NCBI GenBank assembly: GCA_964493305.1
Contig: CAZBLW010000001.1
Location: 241,484-305,483 of the forward strand
DNA from: an uncultured Gammaproteobacteria bacterium
Lineage (GTDB): Bacteria; Patescibacteriota; Patescibacteriia; S139-126
Reading direction: 5' to 3'
Length of the DNA: 64,000 bases
Under the pieces are notes generated by a model that saw nothing but the letters and a program-made list of their open reading frames with translations, searched no databases and had not been told where the DNA came from. The position numbers and the translations under genes were made by a program. Below are positions 45,951 to 54,952 of this stretch, one piece after another; position 1 is the stretch's first letter, and every line of letters starts with the position of its first letter.

Positions 45951-46427
45951 ATGATAGCAAATTTAAAAAACAAAATATTTAACTACGCCATATTGGTAAA
46001 ATTGTTAGATGGTATCTTGGGTTCGCTAGCTGGTATAACTGTTTATTTTGTAAATAAAGAAAGTGTGACCAATTTTATCTATTGGTTGTTTCAACATGAA
46101 TTGACTGAAGACCCGGCAGATTTTTTAATCAATAAAGTTTTTGCTTGGCTGAATATATTATCTCTATCTACCCAGACTTTTATCGCGGTATATTTGTTGT
46201 TCAATGGCGTCCTAAAAATATTCTTGATGACCATGTTATTGAAAAATAAATTATGGGCCTATCCGGTTACTGGGTATCTAATGATTTTTATGGTGGTTTA
46301 TCAAATTTACAGAATTTTTTATAGTCATTCTTGGGTGTTGATCGTTTTGACTATAGTGGACATGATAATCATTTATTTAATCTTCAATCAACATAAAAAA
46401 AAGTTGTCCAAGCAAGGTGTATTGTAA
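45951..46427 (+). CDS. Hypothetical polytopic membrane protein
   Basis: 158-aa ORF with 4 TM; true start possibly downstream of 45951. Confidence 0.4.
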   Translation: MIANLKNKIFNYAILVKLLDGILGSLAGITVYFVNKESVTNFIYWLFQHELTEDPADFLINKVFAWLNILSLSTQTFIAVYLLFNGVLKIFLMTMLLKNKLWAYPVTGYLMIFMVVYQIYRIFYSHSWVLIVLTIVDMIIIYLIFNQHKKKLSKQGVL

Positions 46428-46454
46428 AGATATTTTTTTTGCTATAATTATACT

Positions 46455-46811
46455 ATGCAAATAAGAAAACAGTTGTTATCATTTGTAGTTTTAAGTGCCA
46501 TGTTTATACCCTTAGCGACCTTGGCTCAGGTTGATTTTGGCTTGGGATATGGATCAGCTATTGGTCTGGGTACTAGGGATATCAGGGAAACTATTGCTAG
46601 AATTATCAATATAGCCCTTGGTATCTTGGGGCTTTTAATGGTACTTATAATAATTTACGGCGTAGTGGGAGCAGCTAGTGGTTACGGAACTGACCGGGGA
46701 GAAACCGCTAGAAAAACTATTGCCGCTGGTGTGATAGGACTTTTGATTATTGTAGTGGCTTATGCTCTTAGCACGTTTGTCTTTAGAGTAATTTTAGACT
46801 CCACTTCCTAA
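46455..46811 (+). CDS. Small secreted two-TM protein, VirB2/TrbC-pilin-like architecture
   Basis: Signal peptide then two hydrophobic helices separated by a G-rich turn (GVVGAASGYGTDRGETARK); paralogous to the ORF at 52520-52906. Confidence 0.4.
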   Translation: MQIRKQLLSFVVLSAMFIPLATLAQVDFGLGYGSAIGLGTRDIRETIARIINIALGILGLLMVLIIIYGVVGAASGYGTDRGETARKTIAAGVIGLLIIVVAYALSTFVFRVILDSTS

Positions 46812-46819
46812 ATTTTACT

Positions 46820-47626
46820 ATGCGAAAAATTACCAAGAAAGTAGGTTTGGCTTTGGGTAGTGGTGGTGTCAAAGGGTTAGCTCATGTGGGGGTGATAAAG
46901 ACTTTGCTTAAACATCAAATTCCCATAGATTTTATAGCTGGATCAAGTATTGGCGCCTGGGTGGCGTGTTTTTTTGGTTTGTTTCAAGATATAGATAAGT
47001 TAGCAGATTATACCGTCAATAAACGTCGGGATAAGTTTTATATATTTTTAGAACCAACCTTGCAGGGTGGACTTATAAAGGGTGATAAATTGGAAAAATT
47101 GTTGGACCAGTGGTTTGTTGGCGCCAATTTTTCTGATACTAAAATTCCGGTGGCAGTTACGGCCACTGATTTGATTAGTACTAAGACCGTGGTTTTGAAT
47201 TCCGGTCCAATGGCCAAAGCTGTCAGGGCTAGTATGTCCATACCCACCTTGTTTAAACCAGTGACCATGGGCGAGCAGTTATTGATTGATGGTGGTTCTA
47301 GTAGTCCAGTACCTGATGATGTAGTCAGAAATATGGGTGCTGATATTGTGATTAGTATAAATCTGGATAATTATGAAAAATATCGACCAGTGGAGTTGAC
47401 TGACTATTCTTTTAAACAAGTGGCTAACCGGAGTTTGGATATCATGCGTCACCATTTGGCAAAATATTCTTTGCAAAGTTCGGATTTAGTTTTAGCACCA
47501 ACTTTTCCCACAATTGGTTTTTCCAGTTGGCGAAGTTATTTCCAAGAAGAGATTGGGGAAGAAATCGTCAGAATTGGCGAAGTAGAAATGGAAAAAAATA
47601 TTGAGTCGCTTTTGCGTTTATTGTAA
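46820..47626 (+). CDS. Patatin-like phospholipase
   Basis: GSGGVKG oxyanion motif, GSSIG (GxSxG) nucleophile elbow, DGG. Confidence 0.8.
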   Translation: MRKITKKVGLALGSGGVKGLAHVGVIKTLLKHQIPIDFIAGSSIGAWVACFFGLFQDIDKLADYTVNKRRDKFYIFLEPTLQGGLIKGDKLEKLLDQWFVGANFSDTKIPVAVTATDLISTKTVVLNSGPMAKAVRASMSIPTLFKPVTMGEQLLIDGGSSSPVPDDVVRNMGADIVISINLDNYEKYRPVELTDYSFKQVANRSLDIMRHHLAKYSLQSSDLVLAPTFPTIGFSSWRSYFQEEIGEEIVRIGEVEMEKNIESLLRLL

Positions 47627-47646
47627 ATTTAACCTAAGATTTAGGT

Positions 47647-48138
47647 ATGATTAGCGCACCAGTACAAGACAATGAACAAGCCAGGCTCGTAGCTGTTTAT
47701 GGTTTAAATATTTTGGATACTCAGCCTGAACCGAGGTTTGACGATATTACCAAACAAGCCTGTGAAAATTTTTCCGTGCCTATTTCGACAATTTCTATAA
47801 TTGATGGTCAGCGCGAATGGTTCAAATCTTGTCAGGGAATAGATGTGCGCGAAGGAGCGAGAGATATATCTTTTTGCGGACACGCTATGTATGCCGACTA
47901 TGTTTTTGTGGTTGAAGATACTTGGCAGGACCCGCGTTTTTTTGATAATCCTTATGTCAAAGGCAAGCCATTTATCAGGTTTTATGCTGGAGTGGCTTTA
48001 CGCGAAATTAATTCACGTTTACCAGTTGGGGTTTTATGTATAAAAGATAATAAACCTAGAAAATTTACTTTGGATGATATTGCTGCCCTGATTGATTTAG
48101 CAAAACAAGCAGAGCTTGAATTAAATAAACAAGTGTAG
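47647..48138 (+). CDS. GAF domain protein
   Basis: 163 aa, GAF-like pattern. Confidence 0.65.
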   Translation: MISAPVQDNEQARLVAVYGLNILDTQPEPRFDDITKQACENFSVPISTISIIDGQREWFKSCQGIDVREGARDISFCGHAMYADYVFVVEDTWQDPRFFDNPYVKGKPFIRFYAGVALREINSRLPVGVLCIKDNKPRKFTLDDIAALIDLAKQAELELNKQV

Positions 48139-48142
48139 CTTT

Positions 48143-48727
48143 ATGGAAATAGAATTTGAAGCTACTTTTGTAAATATTGATAAATCAGTTATCAAACAAC
48201 AGCTTAAAAACTTACCAGCTGTTTTAGTAAAACCAGAATTTGTCCAAAAACGGGTGATTATCAACCCTCCTGATTTTGTAAAAAATAAAGACGCTTGGAT
48301 CAGGTTGCGTGATGAGGGTGACAAGATAACTTTGACTTACAAAGTGATTGCTGGCGATAAAATAGAAGATCAAAAAGAAATTTGTTTAGTGGTAGATAAT
48401 TTTTCTAAAACTTTAGAATTTTTAGAAAAAATTGGTTGTCAAATAAAATCTTATCAAGAATCTACCAGAGAATTATGGCAGCTAAATGGAGTTGATATTT
48501 GTATTGACGAATGGCCATATTTAGAACCATTTGTAGAAATTGAAGGTAAAGACGAAGTGGCAGTTAGAGAGGTGGCTAAACAAATGGGGTTTGCTTATAA
48601 TCAGGCCTTATTTGGCAATGTTGGTACTTTGTATCAAAAAAAATATGGCATTGAACCTCATTTAATCCACGAAAAAATTTCTCGTTTAACTTTTACCGAA
48701 CCTAATCCTTTTTTAAATTATGAATAA
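48143..48727 (+). CDS. CYTH domain protein (class IV adenylate cyclase / triphosphate tunnel metalloenzyme-like)
   Basis: N-terminal EIEFE (ExExK-type) motif and about 190 aa size typical of CyaB/CYTH. Confidence 0.6.
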   Translation: MEIEFEATFVNIDKSVIKQQLKNLPAVLVKPEFVQKRVIINPPDFVKNKDAWIRLRDEGDKITLTYKVIAGDKIEDQKEICLVVDNFSKTLEFLEKIGCQIKSYQESTRELWQLNGVDICIDEWPYLEPFVEIEGKDEVAVREVAKQMGFAYNQALFGNVGTLYQKKYGIEPHLIHEKISRLTFTEPNPFLNYE

Positions 48728-49424
48728 ATTTTTTACTGATAAAAATTCGCGCTTTGTTCAAGCTTTACGTGATATTGTTTTTGGTTTGGAAGATGGTATG
48801 GTTTCCACTCTGGGGGCAATCACTGGTATTGCTATTGGCAGTCAAAATCATTTTACTGTAGTTTTATCCGGACTGGTGATTATTGCGGTAGAATCGATTT
48901 CCATGGGAATTGGTTCTTATGTGTCCAATAAATCTGATCGCGATCGTGATATTAGTCAACTGCGTGAGCAAAAAAAGGAAATCAAAGAGCAAATCGATAT
49001 TGAAAAAAAAGATTTGATCAATATTTATCTCAAAGACGGTTGGTCCAATGATTTAGCAACGCAAATGGCTGACTTTGCTAGTCAAAATAAAAAATTGATG
49101 CTCAAGGAAAAAGCCCTACATGAACTTAGTGTGCTACCAGAGCAAATAACTAGTCCCAAAATTAACGGTATATTTATGTTTTTCTCTTATGTGCTTGGCG
49201 GTATGATTGCTTTGAGTCCTTATTTATTTTTTTCAGTAAGTCTGGCTATGCCAGTTTCCATCGCGGCTACTTTATTGGGTTTGTTTTTGGTTGGGGTTTT
49301 TACATCTCTTTACACTCAAAAATCCTGGTTCAAATCTGGTACACGTGTGTTGCTAATTGGCGGGCTAGCTCTACTGGCTGGTATGGTGGTGGGGGAGTTG
49401 GCCAAAGAATTGGGGATAAATTAA
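48720..49424 (+). CDS. VIT1/CCC1-family iron/manganese transporter
   Basis: FGLEDGMVSTLGAITGIAIGS N-terminal motif and C-terminal TM cluster. Confidence 0.7.
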   Translation: MNKFFTDKNSRFVQALRDIVFGLEDGMVSTLGAITGIAIGSQNHFTVVLSGLVIIAVESISMGIGSYVSNKSDRDRDISQLREQKKEIKEQIDIEKKDLINIYLKDGWSNDLATQMADFASQNKKLMLKEKALHELSVLPEQITSPKINGIFMFFSYVLGGMIALSPYLFFSVSLAMPVSIAATLLGLFLVGVFTSLYTQKSWFKSGTRVLLIGGLALLAGMVVGELAKELGIN

Positions 49425-49444
49425 TTATTTAGTACAAAATTAAA

Positions 49445-49470
49445 AACCCGTACTTAGGTACGGGTAAAAT
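49445..49470. terminator. Bidirectional terminator (CCCGTAC-TTAG-GTACGGG)
   Basis: Read directly between convergent genes. Confidence 0.6.
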
Positions 49471-50082
49471 TTACTTTAATGGTTTAACTGTAATTTTCAA
49501 TTTTTTTGGTTCAGATGTACTGATGTTGGTTTTTGGTATTTCACCAATATTTACTTTAATCGGTTCATCGCAATCTGATTTCTCTACTATAGGTTTTTGA
49601 TAATTCTTAAAAAGACTTAGGTCTTTTCCCAGGATATTTATGCAAGTGTATTTTGCATAATTTGCTTTTTGTTTACTAGTGGCTTCATCAAGCCCTATTA
49701 GAGAATAAAGTGCTTGGGCAACAAAAAAATTGTTATCTCTAATTAGTTTTTCGTGCCTATCAATACGTTTAAAAGCTGAATCCAACTTTTGACCAATAGT
49801 TGAGTCATTTTGATTTAAAATATTTAAACCATTGACAATATCAGTAAAGTTTTGTTCTGTTTGGTTTTGAAAAATTTTCAATGAATCAGCTAGTTGCTGA
49901 TGTGCTTTTTGTAAAACTGCCAATTTTTCTTTAGTCTCAAAAAATAGGGGATAGACCAACCATTTATATACAACAAAATAGCCAAACAGCAGTAGCAATA
50001 CAGCAGAGGTTGAATAAAATATTTTTTTATTATTTAAAAATTTTTTACTCCAACCAGACAAACCGATAATTAACTTATTCAT
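49471..50082 (-). CDS. Hypothetical membrane-anchored coiled-coil protein
   Basis: 203-aa ORF, one N-terminal TM; last gene of a three-gene minus-strand operon. Confidence 0.45.
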   Translation of the reverse strand: MNKLIIGLSGWSKKFLNNKKIFYSTSAVLLLLFGYFVVYKWLVYPLFFETKEKLAVLQKAHQQLADSLKIFQNQTEQNFTDIVNGLNILNQNDSTIGQKLDSAFKRIDRHEKLIRDNNFFVAQALYSLIGLDEATSKQKANYAKYTCINILGKDLSLFKNYQKPIVEKSDCDEPIKVNIGEIPKTNISTSEPKKLKITVKPLK

Positions 50083-50206
50083 TTTTTACTCCTTATTTTT
50101 TTGTTAAATTTCAAAAAGATATATTAAATTACAACAGTATTTAGTTTTTGTCAAGCAACAAAAAAACCGCTAGTGACGTTGCACTAGCGGTTATATTTAG
50201 AAATGA

Positions 50207-51532
50207 TTATTGTATTTTGACGAAGAATTTTTCTCCGTCAACTGTCCCGCGGACAATGTCTTGCGGGTAAATCTTTTTAAACATTTGTCCGCTCTCTCGC
50301 AGTTCCCATTTTTCTCCATTTGCTTGGAGAAAGGGTCTGCCGGAGGCAGTAATAATCTGGAAAAAGGTACCATCCTCAAAATTATATCTGAGAGTATCTT
50401 GAATTGCAGTTGACATAACTATGTCTTCTTGGCCTTTTTGTTTAGTGAAGTTTTTTTGCTGAAATTCAGATTTTTGTAAAAATCTGATTGGGATAAAAAC
50501 CGGCCCATCAACGTAGTATCCATACTCGTTCTGGGTCATTACTTTAACGAAACCTTCGTTTCCAACAAATTTTATATCTTCACTTATAACCGAGACTTTA
50601 TCACCTGGTTCAAAGACCAAAATTACTTGGCCAGAATCAGTACTGGTACTACCAAAGGTTATGCCTTTATCAGTAATGTCAGTTACCACAGGTGTTTTAG
50701 TAGTAACTTCAAAAACATTTAAAGTCTTATTGGCGTTGGCTTCTGATATATCATCAGCAACTTTTTCAGAATTATTCCTAATCAGATTACTCAAATTCAT
50801 ATATACTCTTTCATTAGCTATTCTTACTATGGAAATAACTAATAATATTGCCATAGTAATTTTAAGCACATATCCAGCTGTGTTGGTTATCTTTATAAAA
50901 TAATATGAAGAAAAACCAAAAGCTAATAACACCAAAATATAAACACCTAGGATATATAAGTATATCCCATAGAACATTGAACCATGAAAGGCAAGCCACC
51001 ACATAAACATAATTCCTGAAAGTCCATAAACCAAACTTATTGGTCTAATCGACCTTCTGATTTTGTATTTGCTAGCAATGCCAGCAATTATAGGATCATA
51101 TGTTGTAGTAACAAAGAATAATATTATCATAGAAATGACAACACTGGTTACAAATAACCAATCACCGACTAAGTAACCTAGCAAGGTGCAGACAACTATA
51201 AATCCTAACCAAATTGAAAAAGCAATAGCTAGATTTCTAACCACACGTTCGACATTATTGAGAATGTCAACTAATATGGCGTGTAATCTATTAATTGAAA
51301 CCGCTTCAAGTCTGACGATTTCGGTTATAGGCAAGCCTATAATTGCTAACAGTCTGACAGTTCTTTGAGTCAAATTGTGAACTGCTATCTGAATGCCATC
51401 AGATAGTTCAAGAACCCCGTCTGCTAGCTGTTGAGTCAGTGCATTTGCACTGACTGAAGTTTGCCTAATAAGCCAGTAATAACCCCACAACACTCCAATG
51501 AGTGTAACCAAAATTAATAAGAATAAAAACAT
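50207..51532 (-). CDS. Hypothetical polytopic membrane protein with C-terminal soluble domain (441 aa)
   Basis: Long ORF, about 8 TM helices then about 180-aa hydrophilic domain; no family recognised. Confidence 0.5.
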   Translation of the reverse strand: MFLFLLILVTLIGVLWGYYWLIRQTSVSANALTQQLADGVLELSDGIQIAVHNLTQRTVRLLAIIGLPITEIVRLEAVSINRLHAILVDILNNVERVVRNLAIAFSIWLGFIVVCTLLGYLVGDWLFVTSVVISMIILFFVTTTYDPIIAGIASKYKIRRSIRPISLVYGLSGIMFMWWLAFHGSMFYGIYLYILGVYILVLLAFGFSSYYFIKITNTAGYVLKITMAILLVISIVRIANERVYMNLSNLIRNNSEKVADDISEANANKTLNVFEVTTKTPVVTDITDKGITFGSTSTDSGQVILVFEPGDKVSVISEDIKFVGNEGFVKVMTQNEYGYYVDGPVFIPIRFLQKSEFQQKNFTKQKGQEDIVMSTAIQDTLRYNFEDGTFFQIITASGRPFLQANGEKWELRESGQMFKKIYPQDIVRGTVDGEKFFVKIQ

Positions 51533-51547
51533 TTTTTCCTCCTGAAT

Positions 51548-52252
51548 TTAAAAGTTTAAATTTCTGTTTTTTATTTGTTGCCTGATGTCGTTGACTTCAT
51601 TGGTGACCTCAGGCGATCTTTTGTTATAATCCGAATTAATATCATCTAAGTATTTATCAATTTGATCTTTTCTTTTTAGTAGATGTTTTTTAATTGGATC
51701 AATAAATTTTTTACCCCAAATTTTGAATATTTGACCCCACTTATCGTGGATAAGTAGATCTGTCCATATCCAAAACTCTTTTTCACCGATATCAGCGACT
51801 TTTCCGTATATGTGTTGACGGAGATCATCATCACTAACTAGTTCTGATTCGTTTTCTGCATATACTGGTGCCCCATTATTTAAAATAGGTTCACCATCAT
51901 TCTTTTTTAATAGAACTTTAATTTTTTTTAACAGCAATGGTTTACACCAAGCTGTCACCACTTCATTTTCAGAAGGAAGGTCAGGACGGGTGGGAGGGGG
52001 ATTTTTAGCTTCTTCAAGTCTATCTTCCCAGAATTTTCTCTGGGTGGGGTTTAAGCCTAGCAGAACTTTTTGTAGTTCCGCTCTTGGTGGCACTTGAAAC
52101 ATTTTATCAAGTGCAAATTCAGTTATTTTTTTGGCAGGCATGCCAATAAGTTCACTGATCATTTTTCCGCTAACGGTACCAGCTGCAGTACCTATTAGTT
52201 CTCCTCCAAAAACATTTTTAAGTTTATGGAAGAAATTTCCAAATAATGCCAT
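51548..52252 (-). CDS. Hypothetical protein with N-terminal Gly-zipper-like segment (234 aa)
   Basis: ORF; GGELIGTAAGTVSGKMISELIG N-terminus then charged domain. Confidence 0.45.
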   Translation of the reverse strand: MALFGNFFHKLKNVFGGELIGTAAGTVSGKMISELIGMPAKKITEFALDKMFQVPPRAELQKVLLGLNPTQRKFWEDRLEEAKNPPPTRPDLPSENEVVTAWCKPLLLKKIKVLLKKNDGEPILNNGAPVYAENESELVSDDDLRQHIYGKVADIGEKEFWIWTDLLIHDKWGQIFKIWGKKFIDPIKKHLLKRKDQIDKYLDDINSDYNKRSPEVTNEVNDIRQQIKNRNLNF

Positions 52253-52465
52253 AATTGACTCCTTTATTATATTTATTTGTTGTTAGTTAGTTGGTTTAAA
52301 TAAAGAAATAAATATCTCAATCTAAATCAACTAACTAACATATTAACTAAAGGATAAATCGGATGATTATTTAGTTGTCAAAGTTCACTATAAATTAATC
52401 TATAACAGTCCAATATAGCATATTTTTAAGGAAAAGTCAATACTAGATAGTTTTATAATGAAATG

Positions 52466-52492
52466 AAAAAACCCGCCTTTTAGGCGGGTTAA
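52466..52492 (-). terminator. Intrinsic terminator (CCCGCC-TTTTA-GGCGGG) downstream of the 52520 gene
   Basis: Read directly. Confidence 0.6.
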
Positions 52493-52519
52493 TAATTAAA
52501 TAAATTAAATATTTAGGTA

Positions 52520-52906
52520 TTACTGCAGGACATCAAAAACATATTTCAGAATACTGTAACTGGAAAAAACAATAAATAAACCAATTACTGCCCAAACCAG
52601 AATATCCCGGCCTTTTTTTACTCGGTCAGCATTGCCACCGGAAGTCATCCAGATAACACCTCCAGCTACAAAGGCAACTAAGGCTATCACTCCGGTAAGA
52701 CCTAAGATGCCTTTGATAATATTGCCGATAATAACTGCCGGATCATCACTGGTTAGGGGATTGGTTAAAGTAACCGAGTTGTTATTATTGGCCGGAGGAT
52801 TACCCGGGGGATTTACAGGAGGGTTTTGTGCATTGGCAAAATTTACAACAACAAAAATAAAAAATAACAAAGTGAGAAATAAGCTAAGAAACAATTTGTT
52901 TTTCAT
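52520..52906 (-). CDS. Small secreted two-TM protein, VirB2/TrbC-pilin-like (paralogue of 46455-46811) with Pro/Asn-rich linker
   Basis: Signal peptide, PPVNPPGNPPANNNN linker, then IIGNIIKGILGLTGVIALVAFVAGGVIWMTSGGNADRVKKGRDILVWAVIGLFIV two-helix core. Confidence 0.4.
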   Translation of the reverse strand: MKNKLFLSLFLTLLFFIFVVVNFANAQNPPVNPPGNPPANNNNSVTLTNPLTSDDPAVIIGNIIKGILGLTGVIALVAFVAGGVIWMTSGGNADRVKKGRDILVWAVIGLFIVFSSYSILKYVFDVLQ

Positions 52907-52947
52907 AATTTTGAATTTATTGATATATAAATATTATACTCTTTTCC

Positions 52948-52976
52948 TTGACAAAAAGCAAAAAATGCGGTATAAT
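52948..52976 (+). promoter_or_regulatory. Consensus sigma70 promoter (TTGACA-17 bp-TATAAT) firing away from the 52520 gene
   Basis: Perfect hexamers with 17-bp spacer, read directly. Confidence 0.55.
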
Positions 52977-52983
52977 GAAGATA

Positions 52984-53130
52984 TAGGAATAAAATTATAA
53001 ATTTTAAATTGTAAATTATAAAACAATTTAAATAAAATAAGCAAAAATAAAAATTAAAAACAAAAATATGAAAATCAAAGTAATTTCCCACGACAAAGTG
53101 CAGGCCATAAAAATTAGGGTGGTACGCTAA
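52984..53130 (+). ncRNA. Orphan ~145-nt transcript candidate (sRNA or small-protein mRNA) ending in an intrinsic terminator
   Basis: Consensus promoter upstream, then an A-rich leader, a 20-codon ORF (MKIKVISHDKVQAIKIRVVR, 53068-53130) with no SD, and terminator GGTACGC-TAAGC-GCGTAC + TTTTT at 53099-53127. No downstream gene on this strand. Confidence 0.3.
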
Positions 53131-53400
53131 GCGCGTACTGCTTTTTATTTTAGTTTATTAACTAATATAATTTTTATGTCAGCACCCAAAAAAAATATTT
53201 TTACCTGGAAGAGAAATAAAAAAAATATTCAACCCCTAAATTTGCGCGGACTTAATTTAAATTATAGCAATAGAAGAAATGAGAGTAGAGTGAGGTTGTG
53301 GGGAAGTAGTTAAAAGTTGATAAATAGGATACAGGATTTAGGATAGAGGGGATAGTGAATTCTCAATTATAATTTTTAAATTATAAAAAATTTGGTTATT

Positions 53401-53430
53401 AAAAAACCCCGAAGTAATTCGGGGTTTTAT
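53401..53430 (-). terminator. Terminator of the infC-rpmI-rplT operon (CCCCGAA-GTAA-TTCGGGG)
   Basis: Read directly just downstream of rplT on the minus strand. Confidence 0.65.
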
Positions 53431-53450
53431 ACTCTCTGTTTTTAAAAAAA

Positions 53451-53801
53451 TTATTCAGCCATTACTTGTTTAAAAATCTGATCAAAAATTTCTGGGTGAT
53501 TCATAGCTAGTTCTGATAAGACTTTGCGGTCAAGTTCAATATTTTTCTTTTTCAATGCTCCAATAAATTTTGAATAACTAGTACCACGTTCTCTTACGGC
53601 TGCGTTTAGTCTAATTTGCCATAAACCGCGATTGATTCTTTTTTTGGCTCGACGATCACGTCGGGCGTGAGCCCCAGCTTTGACTACGGCAGTCTTGGCT
53701 AAACGAATAGTACCCTTACGACTCCATTTGTAACCTTTGACGGCTTTTCTAAGTTTACGTCTTTTTTTGGTGTGAGTTGTTCCTCTTTTTACTCTGGCCA
53801 T
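53451..53801 (-). CDS. rplT: 50S ribosomal protein L20
   Basis: MARVKRGTTHTKKRRK...GYKWSRKG...RRDRRAKKR pattern. Confidence 0.9.
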   Translation of the reverse strand: MARVKRGTTHTKKRRKLRKAVKGYKWSRKGTIRLAKTAVVKAGAHARRDRRAKKRINRGLWQIRLNAAVRERGTSYSKFIGALKKKNIELDRKVLSELAMNHPEIFDQIFKQVMAE

Positions 53802-53840
53802 ATGATTAGAATTTAGAATCTAGAATTAAGAATTAAAATA

Positions 53841-54038
53841 TTAATGGTAAGGTAGAAGAGTACGGATATTTTTTTCATTGACCTTGGCTACTTTTTTATC
53901 ACGTCTCTTATTGCGGGTAACCTTACCTGGTTCTCGAGAATTAAAATGATCCTGACCGGCTGTACGCTGTAGCAGTTTTTTTGATTTACTTACTCTAATT
54001 CTTTTGTTGGTAGTTTTGTGGGTTTTTAATTTAGGCAT
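53841..54038 (-). CDS. rpmI: 50S ribosomal protein L35
   Basis: MPKLKTHKTTNKRIRVSKSKK; 65 aa. Confidence 0.85.
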   Translation of the reverse strand: MPKLKTHKTTNKRIRVSKSKKLLQRTAGQDHFNSREPGKVTRNKRRDKKVAKVNEKNIRTLLPYH

Positions 54039-54123
54039 ATAACTGTTTATGAATAAATCCCACCCAAAAGTAGGACAGGATTTATATTAACTAATATATA
54101 AGCGGGTGTCAAGAAAAGGCAAC

Positions 54124-54630
54124 TTATTTTTTTAGAGAATAAAGGGCGGTAAACTTATTGCCTTCACGGATTGGTTCCTGATCAACTCTAATATTTGTGC
54201 CCAGCATTTCTTGAAATTTTAACATGATTTCTTTGACTTTTTCTGGATGAGCTTTTTGTCTGCCTTTAAGTATAATTTCTGTTTTTACTCGGTCACCTTG
54301 ATTTAAAAATTTACTGGCTTGGTTGGCTCTGACCTCTAAATCATGCAGTCCCATATTGTAGGTCAATCTAACGCCTTTGATTTCTGATTTTTTACTTTTG
54401 GTTTTGGCTTTTTGTTGAAGTTTATTTTGGTTGTATATCCATTGACCATAATCTAAAATCCGACATACTGGCGGTTCTGCTTTGGGTGAGACTTCTACCA
54501 AATCAAGGCCCGCTTCTCGGGCTTGGCGCAAGGCATCTATAGTTGGTACCACGCCAAGTTGTTCACCGTCGGTACCAACCAGGCGTACCTCGGGTAAATT
54601 GATTTGCTGATTTATTCTAAATTTTTGGAT
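54124..54630 (-). CDS. infC: Translation initiation factor IF-3, probable non-AUG (AUC/AUA-type) start
   Basis: The frame stays open upstream of the called GTG (54552) and encodes the conserved IF3 N-terminus ...PKFRINQQINLPEVRLVGTDGEQLGVVPT. There is no in-frame ATG/GTG/TTG between the upstream stop (54649-54651) and that segment; the nearest near-cognate is ATC at 54628-54630. Confidence 0.75.
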   Translation of the reverse strand: MQKFRINQQINLPEVRLVGTDGEQLGVVPTIDALRQAREAGLDLVEVSPKAEPPVCRILDYGQWIYNQNKLQQKAKTKSKKSEIKGVRLTYNMGLHDLEVRANQASKFLNQGDRVKTEIILKGRQKAHPEKVKEIMLKFQEMLGTNIRVDQEPIREGNKFTALYSLKK

Positions 54631-54952
54631 AGGTTTGGGGGTTAATTGTTATAAGTATATTATATAAAATTTCATTATCTATTACTAGGGTATTTAATAT
54701 AGAAACAATTTTTAATTTTGTAATTTTTAATTTTTAAATAAATCTAAATTTTTAAAAATCTAAGTTTAATAATTATTTATAAAATTATTAAATTTTTATT
54801 TGTCATATAGTTTATATATCAACCCCTCGACTCCCAGCTATCGCTGGTTCGATCGGGACACAATTCGACTCTAATTCAATGGACATATAATTGGTCGGAG
54901 ATACTAACAGTGTCGTAGACCATGAGCGAGCCGATTTTATCGGCGAGTTGAA

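Noticed and set aside
53221-53400. Purine-rich (GA-rich) 180-nt spacer between the orphan transcript terminator and the rplT terminator
   Set aside because: No ORF, promoter or convincing secondary structure was found. It is noted only as unexplained spacer.
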